Part shown: piece by piece, positions 42,593-54,500 of the stretch | How the letters are laid out: the number at the start of each line of letters is the position of its first letter | Numbering within the stretch: position 1 is the first letter of the stretch | Assembly: GCA_030141605.1 (NCBI GenBank) | Contig: JAQGDQ010000042.1 | Span: 248,001-312,000, forward strand | Length of the DNA: 64,000 nucleotides | Direction: 5' to 3' | DNA from: Tubiluchus corallicola | Taxonomy: Eukaryota; Animalia; Priapulida | Program-made: the position numbers and the translations under genes | The notes under the pieces: generated by a model | Database searches by the model: none | What the model was told of the DNA's origin: nothing | Seen by the model: only the letters and a program-made list of their open reading frames with translations

Positions 42593-45500
42593 TGCGTGTG
42601 TGCGTGCGTGTACATCAGCATTTATTTTGTAGCAAAATGATTCAACTAATGAATTTCAAACATTAAAAATTTCTTTGTCCCTGGTTTCTAATTGTACTTG
42701 ATGGCTTCACAGGACTTTGATCGCTATTGTCCCTCTTAAATTCAACCTTTAAGACATTTGGAAATTACTGCCAGACTGCAAGTGTTATTTGTGTCCATAT
42801 TACAAAAAAATACGAAGTATTTTCTTTAGCACCAATTATCATTTCAGTTTAACTATGACAACAGTATAATGGCCTTTATGTGATTTACATTTATAAAGTG
42901 TGTGGCCAAATTCACCCGACTGAACTAGTCCAAGAATGATCTCTTACTACATTCACAACAGAGCTCTTGTTTCTGACATCACTGGTTGTGAATTTCTAAC
43001 TACAATTTGATTCCTGTATAATGAGCATTAAAGACCTTTCCATTCAGGGCATATAGAAAGACTCGCATTTGCGAAAACTGGCTCTTCTTAGACATACATT
43101 TAGGAATAGTATTGCCAGTTTGTGTGAAGTTCAACAAAAGAGTTGACATGTTTCTTGTAGAACAGATTGTGCAGACAGATGTGACTTGCATGCTTCAACT
43201 GTTTGTATTTACAACTATACTGTTTATTTATCATCAAAATAAATTAATAGTTAGTATAGTTATTTCAGTGTTATAACTAAAAATAATGGTGACATTGTTT
43301 TATGGCGATGAGTAGGTTTTAACATTTAAAACAATGACAGTTGATATTTATTAACTTTACTCAGTCTACTCTTCTATGTCTTTTGCACCTTACCTGCATG
43401 TGAACCAAACAAAATGTTGAGAGAAAATCAAAGTGTAATTGATAAATAAATCACCTATCTCACGCGTAAATTTGTTTGGTCGATCACGTATTTATTTAAT
43501 ACAAAAATTTTCATTTGATTACACAAAAAATGTTACTCCTTTTTCAGTTGATTGGCAAAAGTAATATTTAACTGTCACAACAATGGTACTAAGTTTCTAA
43601 CCTACACTTTTCTTATGTTAAATCTATGTGTAACTAATTCAGTTTCTACAAGTTTGACTAGGATTTTTCTATATAGTAATTGCAGCAACCATTTCTGTCT
43701 GTCATAGTGCTTCTGTGGCTTGTGAATACTTTGCCTGTGTAGGTAGCAAATTGTCTTTATCAACTATAAAACATCGAAAGATCTATGAAATTGCATATTT
43801 CATTTATCCTGAGTGGTTCTGTGTAATGTTAGTTAAGCATAGATAACAAAAGAAGTACGGCTAATGTAACAGGAACATGCATGTAGAATTACTGGAGGCT
43901 CGGCCACATTTCTGCTTCAGACTTCAGTTTTATATAATTTATTGTACTTTCAGTTTTTCTTCAGGTTGCTGTGCATCATCGGACCTCAGTTTTGTCACGC
44001 TGAACTGAACACAATCGGCATGTGTGCCATTTTGCATGTTGAGCATGGCATCGTTACTCACTTTTTTACGTATCTTGTTACTCGTTTGCAGTTTCTGTCA
44101 CTTGTATTGTGACCCATTTGTGTCAATTTTTTTGTTGCTTTGCATAACCGCTGGTTTTTATTTCAGGCAACGTTGTCCTTTTCTAACTTACAAATTTAAC
44201 ACATGACAGATGTACTTTTCAGAAAATTCGGTTTGTAAACAATCTGGCTTTAACCCTCTCTGATCGGTGTGTCGATCTCTTTCAGACAAGTGCTACGCCC
44301 GGATCACCCTACAATCGGCGTGGCAGCAAATCGAGTCAGTTTGCCTGGCGTAACGGAAGGCGTGCCACTGATCGTCAGCCTCTTGTTGTGACGTCATTCA
44401 TTGATGCTGTAGACTTTCCGTATGCCGATGCATCAGCTACCGTCACTCCAACTTCAGAAGTTTTCTATGATTCGTCTTTGCCAAAAATCCACACACCTCT
44501 TAGTCATACAGATTCTTTGACTGTCCCTCAAACACGAACATCACCGCCGCCTAATCACTCTTTGTTCAATGGCCGGTTAGTGTACGATCATCATGGTGAT
44601 AATAGGTTGGACTCCCTATCAGCATACTCTCGCAACATAGGGATGCATCCGCTCATACCCGACGTTGGTGCTGTGAAAGACAAAAAGAACAATGTAAGAA
44701 CCGCTCAAACCAAGGAAAATGAACTTATAGAGCTAAAGTACTTGTTTCCCACTGAAGTGAGTAACAATCCCAGGCAGTCAGATCAAATATTGTTAGGCTG
44801 GTTCTCGGAACATTGCACAACGGTTCTCTTTGCCGTTTGTGTAGCATACCATGTCTGTTTAAATGTCTAGTATCCAATCTGCCTCTATCTCTGGCCTCTC
44901 TTTCTCTCGCAGATATACCCATCTTTGCTGCACAGACTAGTTTCCACGAATGGCATATTCTAAATAGAGCCTTATATTCTTCTTACTTTACTCAACACTT
45001 TAATTATGATTTCAGGATTCTTTTCACGCTTTGCTGAAAAGCACTAACTGTGTCAATTCTATTATCATATAATATCAGCAGCACTTTAGCTGTTTACATT
45101 CATTACTATTGGGTACTGAAACTTAAGCATGCATGTGTTGAACACAAAATCATTCCGCTGTTAGACTAATCTGTTTTGTGTGAAAAACCTGCAAACATCT
45201 GCCACCATTTGTTGCATTTAAGAAGGTAAATTTCATTGCCTACAAGATTCAGCTCTGCACCCTTGTGCTACGTGTGTTGTTTATCACTCCTCCTGTATTA
45301 GAATTGTTTGTGTTTGCTGTTTATAGGCCGAGCTCTCCGAGAACCAGCTTACCATATTTGGTCTGGCTAATTTAATTCTCATTGCTTTTTTGTCGTCGTG
45401 GCTAGCCTAGACGTCTCTGCGCATTCTCTTTCTCTGCATGCATAAGTTCATTTTCTGTCAAAAGTTGTACTTCTTTACTAGTAGGTGGTGTCAGTGTAGC

Positions 45501-48500
45501 ATAGTCTTTTGGGGGTGTGGAGTGTATTTTTTTCCTCCTTACATAATGTGCCACAGCCACCTTTTCAAATGTGCAATATTGTTTCTCTTCTTGTTTGTTT
45601 CTTACCGATTAACTGCTGTAAATTTTCTTGGACAATATATGAAATATTATTGCATCTTTAATTTTAAACTGCTACAGCTCACTTCGTGTGTGTAACACGT
45701 GTTAAGGAAATTCTTGAACTGTGATTTGAGTAGAAACTAGTTTTTCTGCTAGAATAAGTACAACGATACTAAGTATCCAAGAGGAAAAGTACATAAGTGC
45801 TGATTGCTTAAAATATCATTCGTAAAAAGGTGACACTATACTAAAACAAATTTAGCCTAATTATTTAATTTGTAGCATCTCAGTTTTACAGAATGGGCTA
45901 GTTAAGTAATTATTTTAAGTAAATTCTGTTAGTCTAATTATTCTGTAGTTGGCATTGCTGTTAAATAATGTATACTCTTCTACCTGTATTATTATTGATA
46001 GTAAATATAGACTATAAAGCTGTTTGGTAAGGGCATTGTTGACTGGTAGAAGAATAATATATTATTTAAAATGTGAATGATTTTTTTGCCACTTGTAGGA
46101 CGGAAAATGGTGTTTTGATGAAAAGTATCGCTAACTAGTGCAATATTGTAGTTCTCAAAGATACTAAAAAACAGTTTTCCTAATTTACGTATATCTGGTT
46201 CAACAAAGTGTCCAAATGTCAAGTATTTTGTTTGATGCCAAGTTGTCAAGATGTTTGAATTGAAAATTATCTCAGCAAAGTTCATATTATATAGCAGTTT
46301 GGCTGAATTCCCAACATTTGTTGATATGGCCTCATTGTTATACTATAATATAAGCCTCGTAGGTATACTTTGCTACATGAGCCTGATAAGTGTGCTTCTC
46401 TATATAGGCATCATAAGTATTTATGTATTAAATATATAAACATGGATACTAATATACTAAAATTTATTAACTTAAGTGCAAAATTTGCAGATGTAGCATC
46501 AATGTGCCTGTAACAACTTAGTTAATTTTACAGTTTATTCAGCTAAATAGATTTTCCTTGTGTTTTGAACAGTTAAGGCTTTTATAGAATTTCATAGCCA
46601 CATTTATGCTTTTGTAATTCACTGTTTCTGATGGTTTTGTAAAACTTGTCGGACATCTCTTTAGATGCTTCTCGCAATCAAGGTGGCTTTGACACTATCA
46701 ACGTCTTTTTCCACTTGAAATTTATTTCAGTTTTTTTATTGCTGTGGTTTTACCTACGTGTGAGTGCAAAAATTATTATCAACAAATTTAATTTGTTTTT
46801 TAAATTCAAAAATTGTTAGCTCTATTGTTTTATTTGTACCCACCTCTAGGCGTAGTACTACTTTGAATTAAATTGCAATTACTGAAATAATTAAATATCT
46901 TATTAAGGTATCAGTATTTTTTCAAACTTTCGATACAACACAGAAAATAGTATTACATTTTATATCAAGTAATTGTAGAGCTGTTTTGCACATTATTCTA
47001 AGCAGATATTAATCTTGTACGTGCTCTTTAATTTGATTCAATTTAGGATTCATTCTTCAACACAAATTTTAATTTCTTCGATCGCGGCTGGCTTAAGCCA
47101 CGAACAGCCTCATGCGAACCTTCTCTCACGAGCACGCCTAGTCCGACACCTCCAGAAGCCAAAGGTAACTGCTATATTTATTTTTGTTATACCTTAGGAC
47201 CCATGTATGTCACAGAACAGCAGTAAGAACTCAGTAGGCAGTAGCAACTGTATTGTCTGTGGCAAAGATTAAATAGTAACACTGTTGTTATCGGATAGTT
47301 ATTTTCATTCAACGTTAATTACTGTTTATGATATACGTGCCTGCAAAAGTAGCAGACTGTGACTAAGATAGGTCCAAATAAGACATTTCTGCTGGTCTGG
47401 ATTTCAAATAAGAGATTGTCTTTGATAGCCAGCTAAAATTCTGGACCCTGCCGTAACTTTCAACATCAGTAGGCTGTGTGCTTACTGCTGGATCTTACCT
47501 TGCAATGTGCATAACTGTATTTAAATGTGTTTTTTGTGCATTAAAAGTTCAATTATGGTGTTCCCCAAGGGTGGGTATTAGACCTTATTCTTTTTCCACC
47601 ATTTTTTCAATGACCTATCACACTCTACTCACTATACTTGCAGTTTATGCTCACGCTACTATTATGCATAGTACTTAGCACTATAGCCCGTTAGACAAAG
47701 AGATCTTGAATTATTTTTAATCTGCAACCAAGATTGGCTTGCTACTGTAAAGAAAACAAACCTTGTGTTTTTTGCCACACAATATGCGTGTCTTTTTCTT
47801 ATATTCGTTTGCTTAACTTTGCCTTTAATCATTCTGATCTTAAATGTGAGCAGTATCTCACAGAAGTGGCCAAGAATTGCCAAGAAAAAAGTAAGATGTC
47901 AAATGATGCTTGAAAATATGATATTTTCAAGCATCATTTGGCATCTCTTGGCCGCTTCTGTGTAATATAATGTAACATACTCTGAAAGTCACCTGTTCAA
48001 CCTCTGCAGCTACATCTGGACTGGTGCCTCAGCCTCTTACCTTCATTCACTTGACACATTGGAATACAGTACTGTTAATCCAGTCTGGTTTGACTTGTTT
48101 ATCAATAGTCTGTTGCTACATAAAGTTTTATATTGCTGCTTTTGTAAAAGATACTGCCAGGATCTCTCCATTTGGGTTCCTCAACACCAACAGATGCTCA
48201 TAGTAATCATTTTGTTGCTGCTTATCAAGAATTTTTATTCTGTACATTCTTAGTTCCTGGAAAGCTGTTTATAAAACCAGCTTTTTTTCTTGCATTTCCT
48301 ATCCATGGAATGCTTTGCTTAAGTTGTTTCCTGCAACTTCACTTGCTTTCAGATAATTGATAAACGTCAACAAATATTGTCTGCCCATATCAAAGTAGTT
48401 GTTAGAATTCTAGTTTATTTAGTTTTTAACCTCAACCCTTACCTTTGATTACAACTAATGTCAGGGCCAGTTTTAAACTAATTAGACATATATGAGCATC

Positions 48501-51500
48501 CAGTACACAAAGTTTCTGTGAAGTCAGTGAAACTATTCCTCATATAGCTATGTTGCAATGTTTTTTGCTGATCGTTTGTTTATTTGTTTTGTAATTTCAG
48601 TTCATCATCGCCATTTGCTTTTCTAAAAAAGGTAATTGGCAAGCCCAATGTGCGATTAGCTAGATCATCTGTTTACTAATTTGTGGACGATATTCAAGCC
48701 CTTAACACGGAAAGAGCTCTCTCAACACGTTAAACTCATTTTTAATATATCATTGTGGCTAATTTTGTGCGAAGCATAAAACATCTGTCTTTAGCTTTTT
48801 TACGGTGAAGTGACCACTAATAATTTTCTAATTTGGCTTCCTAGTGCCAGCCATGCTAACTTTATTTGGAGCAAATTGTAAGGATAAAGTAAAAGTTGTT
48901 AACGACATTGTACAGTTAACCACTGTGAAAAATCAAAATGAGCATATGAGTTGTCACTACAACATTATGTATTATATTCAACTTAAGAAAAGGAAAAGCA
49001 CAAAATACATATTTTTGGAATTTTTAATTCAACATTTAAGCTTTTTACATGTGCTTTTGAGCTTGAAAATCACACGTGAAAATCTCACATGTGGAAAAGC
49101 TGTGAAATTTTGGATCTTCTTTTAAAAATGATTATGTGGACTATCATTGGTCATATTACAGAACCTCCACACCGTCGCGAGGAAACTCCTGATGCAGAAG
49201 AGGAGGAAGGCAAATGGAAACGGGTTGCTATGCATTACTGCTGGGATTACATTATGGGCTGGGAGTGCTCGCCCTGTTTTAGTAAAACTCAGTACATCGT
49301 TGGTTTATTTGTGCTAGATCCTTTCGTTGACTTATTCATTACTGTTTGTATTGTCGTCAACACATTGTTCATGGCGCTGGATTACCATGGGAAGTCTCCT
49401 GCTTTGGATCAAACTCTTTCAAATGGAAACAAAGTAAGTTGTATTTTAACATCTTTTTTAAAAACTTCTTTTTTATAGTGAAATGCTTTTTTTGAAAATC
49501 TGCTAGCAGCTGCCAAGAAAGTCAAAAAAATATTAAAATCACAAAAAACGAAATTGAGCAAAAACACTTCACAAAATACGTATTGTTATGGTGATACATG
49601 CTGTTACAGTTTTGCATGTGAACAAAAGCACATGGTTAGTAATGAGATAAAGGTTCAGGAAAAACCAATTTGGGAATTCACTGACCTATTGCAAATTCTA
49701 ATTATGCATTATACACCCATCATTTTTGGACTGTTTAACCATTATTGCCTCCACCCAAGCAAGCATTCTTTCAAAATAAGGCACATAATTTTGCAAAAAA
49801 ATGCAGCCCAGAACTAAGTCTCATTTCTATGATGGATCACTGACTTTCAATTACGATCGATGATCGACTAATGATTGATTATAATATTTTGTAGAGTTGG
49901 GTCAGTGTATAACATTATGTTAGGACATTAACTGCCTGTTGTTTCACTCCTGCGTCTCAATGGGGGAAGTCAGTATGAATGTAACCAAGCAGCCTGTGCT
50001 ATGCACAGATATCCCATATTGAACAGTGCTCTAAGCCGCGCTGCTTCATTGTTAACCATCTGCAATTTCTTTTACTAAGTAACTGTTCTATTTGTATATA
50101 AGCTATCACACTTATTTATTAAAGTATTTTATTAACTACATATGTTGCTATTGACACTGCAACTAAACGGCGGAAACGGGTGGCAAAGTGTGCAAAATCT
50201 TGCACTTATTGTGTTAAGCAATCATCAATTATGTTAATTTATGATCGAGCGCTTGCTGAATGTGACAGCCGACTGACTTTCGATAAAATTGATTAATCGA
50301 AACAGCATTAGTAGCAACATGTGTAACTGTTTCTCTGTTAATTTATTAAAACTGAAAACTATGCAAGTGGCAGTTTTATATTTAGGTAGATACTAAACTA
50401 AATTGAAAAGCAGAAGACAATGTTCAACTTCCGTAAAATTACAAAATGAGATCTGGCAAAACTATGTCGGCAAAATAGTTTGAAGAAACAGAAGCTAGAC
50501 CAGAAGACTGTGAAAGACCAAAAGCTATGTTTTTTGGGTTTTTGTTTTTTGTTTCTCTATTAAGAGGTCCTTTTATTTCTGTTTCAGTTTTTTACTGCCG
50601 TGTTTGCTGCTGAGTGCTTTCTAAAGATCATAGCTATGAGTCCAAAATATTATGTGCAGGATCCTTGGAACTGCTTCGATGGTGTCATTGTTGCTCTTAG
50701 TTTAGCTGAATTAGGATTAGCAAATGTCTCTGGTCTTTCTGTTTTGAGATCATTTCGATTGGTGAGTGTTTCTTCTGATAATTTTCTCTTAGGTGCCTCT
50801 TTTTCTAGTTAGAAGTTTGACGTTGTTAAGTGTAGAATACTATTACGTTCCTTCTAAAAGATTGCAAAACACAGGAAGTAGAAATAGAACTTTTTCAAAG
50901 ATTGTTCGCTGAATTATCAAGTAACCTAAGTCTGTTGTCTTCCTTATCTGAACTTTAGTGTAAATGACTTTCGAAATTGATATTTTTAGCACTAAATTGC
51001 TGATTTGTTTTTCAGCTACGGGTATTTAAGTTAGCAAAGTCATGGCCTACCCTCAACTTACTATTTAGCATTATGGGCAGCTCACTAGGTGCATTAGCCA
51101 ATCTCACTTTTATTCTTGGTATTGTTATCTTCATCTTTGCGGTTGTTGGAATGCAGTTATTTGGACAGTATTACACTTACGTAAGTTTGCTTTAAATAGA
51201 TTTTCAGTAAGCCTTCTAGCTCTGATCCTAAAGGATAAATTTTCATACCAGCAAAAAAGATTTTTATCATTCAAAACTCACAATTTTGCTTTTCTAAAAT
51301 AAAAAACAAATTTGTGGTTAAGGGGAGGGGCAGATGCATGTTGACCCTTTATTTTTCTTCATTTAAAGAAATTTTTGAAGCATTTTGCTAATTATTGCTA
51401 TTGTTAGAGATACATTCACAGTGTGCCACTCAAATTTGAACTCAAAATTGAAGAAGTTTAAAGTCGCTGAAATATCATAAGCTTGTAATTGCATTCTGCT

Positions 51501-54500
51501 GAATTAGTATAAACACAAAAATTTAAAGGGAAACCGGACCTAATCTTAAACTGTAGATCAAAACAATCTTCTCTTTAAAATATTGAAAGGGAACATACTA
51601 TTTTTTCAAGAATTACTTGAAAGAATTATTATCATACAAATGCAATTTCGCGTTCGTGTCACTAATTCTTCTCTGTTACATGCATTTTGCAATTCGTTAG
51701 TTAGATGGGCACTAGGACCTACATTTCAGAAATGTGTTGCACAAAAGCAGGTACTGCGCCTCTCAGTTTAGAAGTTCATGAGGTAGTGCACACGTTGAAG
51801 AGCTTATACGTGAGCACTGTGGCAAATTTGAAATTTGAATTTGAAACCTAAAATTTGCCGAGTTTTAATATATCACAATGAATCTCTTACAGTAGCAATG
51901 TAGTTCAATTTTCGCTTTCGCTAACACATGCAACACACTCATAGAATGTTTGTGCTGTTGAAAATTATATTCATTTGCGATGTCATCACTAGTTAGGATC
52001 GCCCGCCATTAATTACATTTTTAATTTTTCATTTAATTATCAAAAATGTTTTTGTACTATTGTTGGTGTTAAAATGTATACTTTTTACCGCACTTAAAAA
52101 TGGGGCAAGTAAAAATCATCCTGTTTTCCTTTAATGTTACTAGTACTAATGCATAGAAAATAATACTTGCTTTTCAGAATGTACAATTTAGGTAAACTTG
52201 TTACCGCAGATTCAAGTTGTTTTAAGGAAGTTAGTACTTTGCAAATTGGAGATTTAAATTTTATAGCTTATGTGTTAAGTTTATGTTTTAGGTGTGGTTG
52301 GATGCACGTCTTTTCTTTCAAAACTGTTGAATTTTTTTCAGCAAAATTTTGTAGAAATTCAAGGTCGTCCAGAAGAACCAAGGTGGCACTTCAAAGATTT
52401 CCTTCATTCGTTTATGATCGTTTTTCGAGTCCTGTGTGGTGAGTGGATAGAATCCATGTGGGACTGCATGTGTGTGGCTGGGTGGCCTTGCGTCCCATTC
52501 TTCCTCTTAGTCGTCGTTCTTGGCAATCTAGTAGTAAGTGAACATAACAATTGCATCTATTTTGAAGTTAATATAAGTATATTAATATTATATTAATATA
52601 ATATTATAATTACTCTTACTGTATCAGCAACTGTTCTATTATCACAGTTTAGCATAATATGAAATGCAAGCTTGAATTTTTAGTAATCAAACTTATCAAA
52701 CTGATATTTATACAAAGCATATTACAATCTTATTTTACCTACCTTAAAACTTACAAGTATTTTCTTCTTCATTGTGACTAACTTCAGGAGAGCACTATTC
52801 ATTTATACCATGTAATAAGCCTTTTCACAGTTCCTGCGATTGATGATGATCATGAAAATGTCAAAGGTTAATTGAACCAAACGCATATGTGTACACTTGA
52901 CAATGCCTTGCAGCCCATGCTATTGTAATAGTAACTTTTAACAACTAACTAGAACCTTGCCTAGTTCATTTTTCTTGTTCCCAAGCAAGGTCCTGCTAGT
53001 AAATCACTCTACACACAGACTAGTGCATAATTAAGTAAAGTCCACATAAAACAACAGGAAGTCACTGAACCGATGCAGCAGACAGCTTCTCTTTACCCAC
53101 ATGTCACGTGGTGGTTACCCACAAGACACGTCACTGGGGTTCACTTAACCTTTGACTGCACGTGCACATAGCGAAACTGTGAAAAGGCTTAATACAACTT
53201 AATCCCTCCTTTGTTGTTTTTTATTCTAGGTTCTCAACTTGTTTCTTGCCTTGCTGTTGAGCTCATTTTCTGGAGATACATTTACGCAAGAACCAGATTC
53301 AGAACCAAATAAACTTCAGGAAGCTATAGACAGGATAAAAAGGTAACGTAAGTCAAGCAGTGTTGCAAAGTTGAAATGTTTTAGCTAGAGTTCTAATATT
53401 AAACAGCAAATACATTACATTACGTTACAGTACATTATCATTAAACGTTTTTGGTGCCCCAGAAAACAGTTTATCAGTTGCATAATACGTAAATTTACCA
53501 GTAAGCTAAGCCTAAAGCACTACATTCGAAACAATAAAGTGTTTACTCTCACAACCTAAAAGAGATCTCATTAAAAACTAAAGTCATAAAAATTCAAAAT
53601 AAAGTCATAAGTACAGATATTTGTGGCTATAATTTAAAAGTGTTTGCAAGCAAATGGGTTTTTGGAGTCTTTTTAAAGGTAGTTAAAGGATACTGTGTCA
53701 ATAGACAGTAATGGTTTGAAAGTTTATAAAAAATGCTACCTTTTTGTACTAAATTTAAGAAAAAATTGTCGTTTAATGTTTGATGCTTATTGTCCGCTCC
53801 CGAAATCTTTTACTATCTACATCTACAATTGTATTTTAAAAATAATAGTAATTAAAATAAAAAAATAAATCAGTGTTTTACATATGGTCCATTTTGATTT
53901 TTTTCTTACTGTGTTCATTTTGCGTTATGCGCAGACATCTATGCTTAAAATGATGTTGACATTGGTTGTTGAGTTAGATCAGTGTGGAGTCTGATCTAAA
54001 CGGTTTTAAAAGTATTCCGATTTAGAGCAAGACTGTCAAAGTGCTGTACTAAGCACATTCACAATTCAATTCAATTTACCTTTTATTTCAGCATTCAAAT
54101 TGCCATATAATACACTAAAAAGATAAATTACTATAAATACACAAACACCCAAAATACTAACTCTACTAATTATCTGCAACAACAAAAAATATTGAAAGCT
54201 ACCCACACCAAATAAGAGGGATGTCCATAAATAAAAAAATTCTGAAGTATGTCGAACATAAGATTCCAAATACATTGTTCTTGCAGGATGTAGATTGCAC
54301 ATAAAATTTCAGTATCGTGTAAATCTTATCTACATGCATATCTGCCAAATGTATTTTACTACATAAAGAGTGATATCAAAAAGGAAAATAGCTGCAAGTT
54401 CTTATTTTTCAAGATTGACACATCCCTAGTTTAAATTATCAGTAATGTTGATATTAGCTTTCTTACCTCGTTATGTGAATAATTACAATCAAGTAAAAAT

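Noticed and set aside
43965-44003. Strong-looking acceptor tttttcttcag/GTTGCT...
   Set aside because: The phase-0 frame stops after 12 codons and no convincing donor follows.
47198-47204. 7-nt microexon variant (GACCCAT/GTATGT)
   Set aside because: Joined to 49162 it creates TAA; no independent support.
52178-52191. 14-nt exon-like segment (ttttcag/AATGTACAATTTAG/GTAAAC) before the DII pore exon
   Set aside because: Frameshifting with no compensating exon; likely chance, although a poison microexon cannot be excluded.
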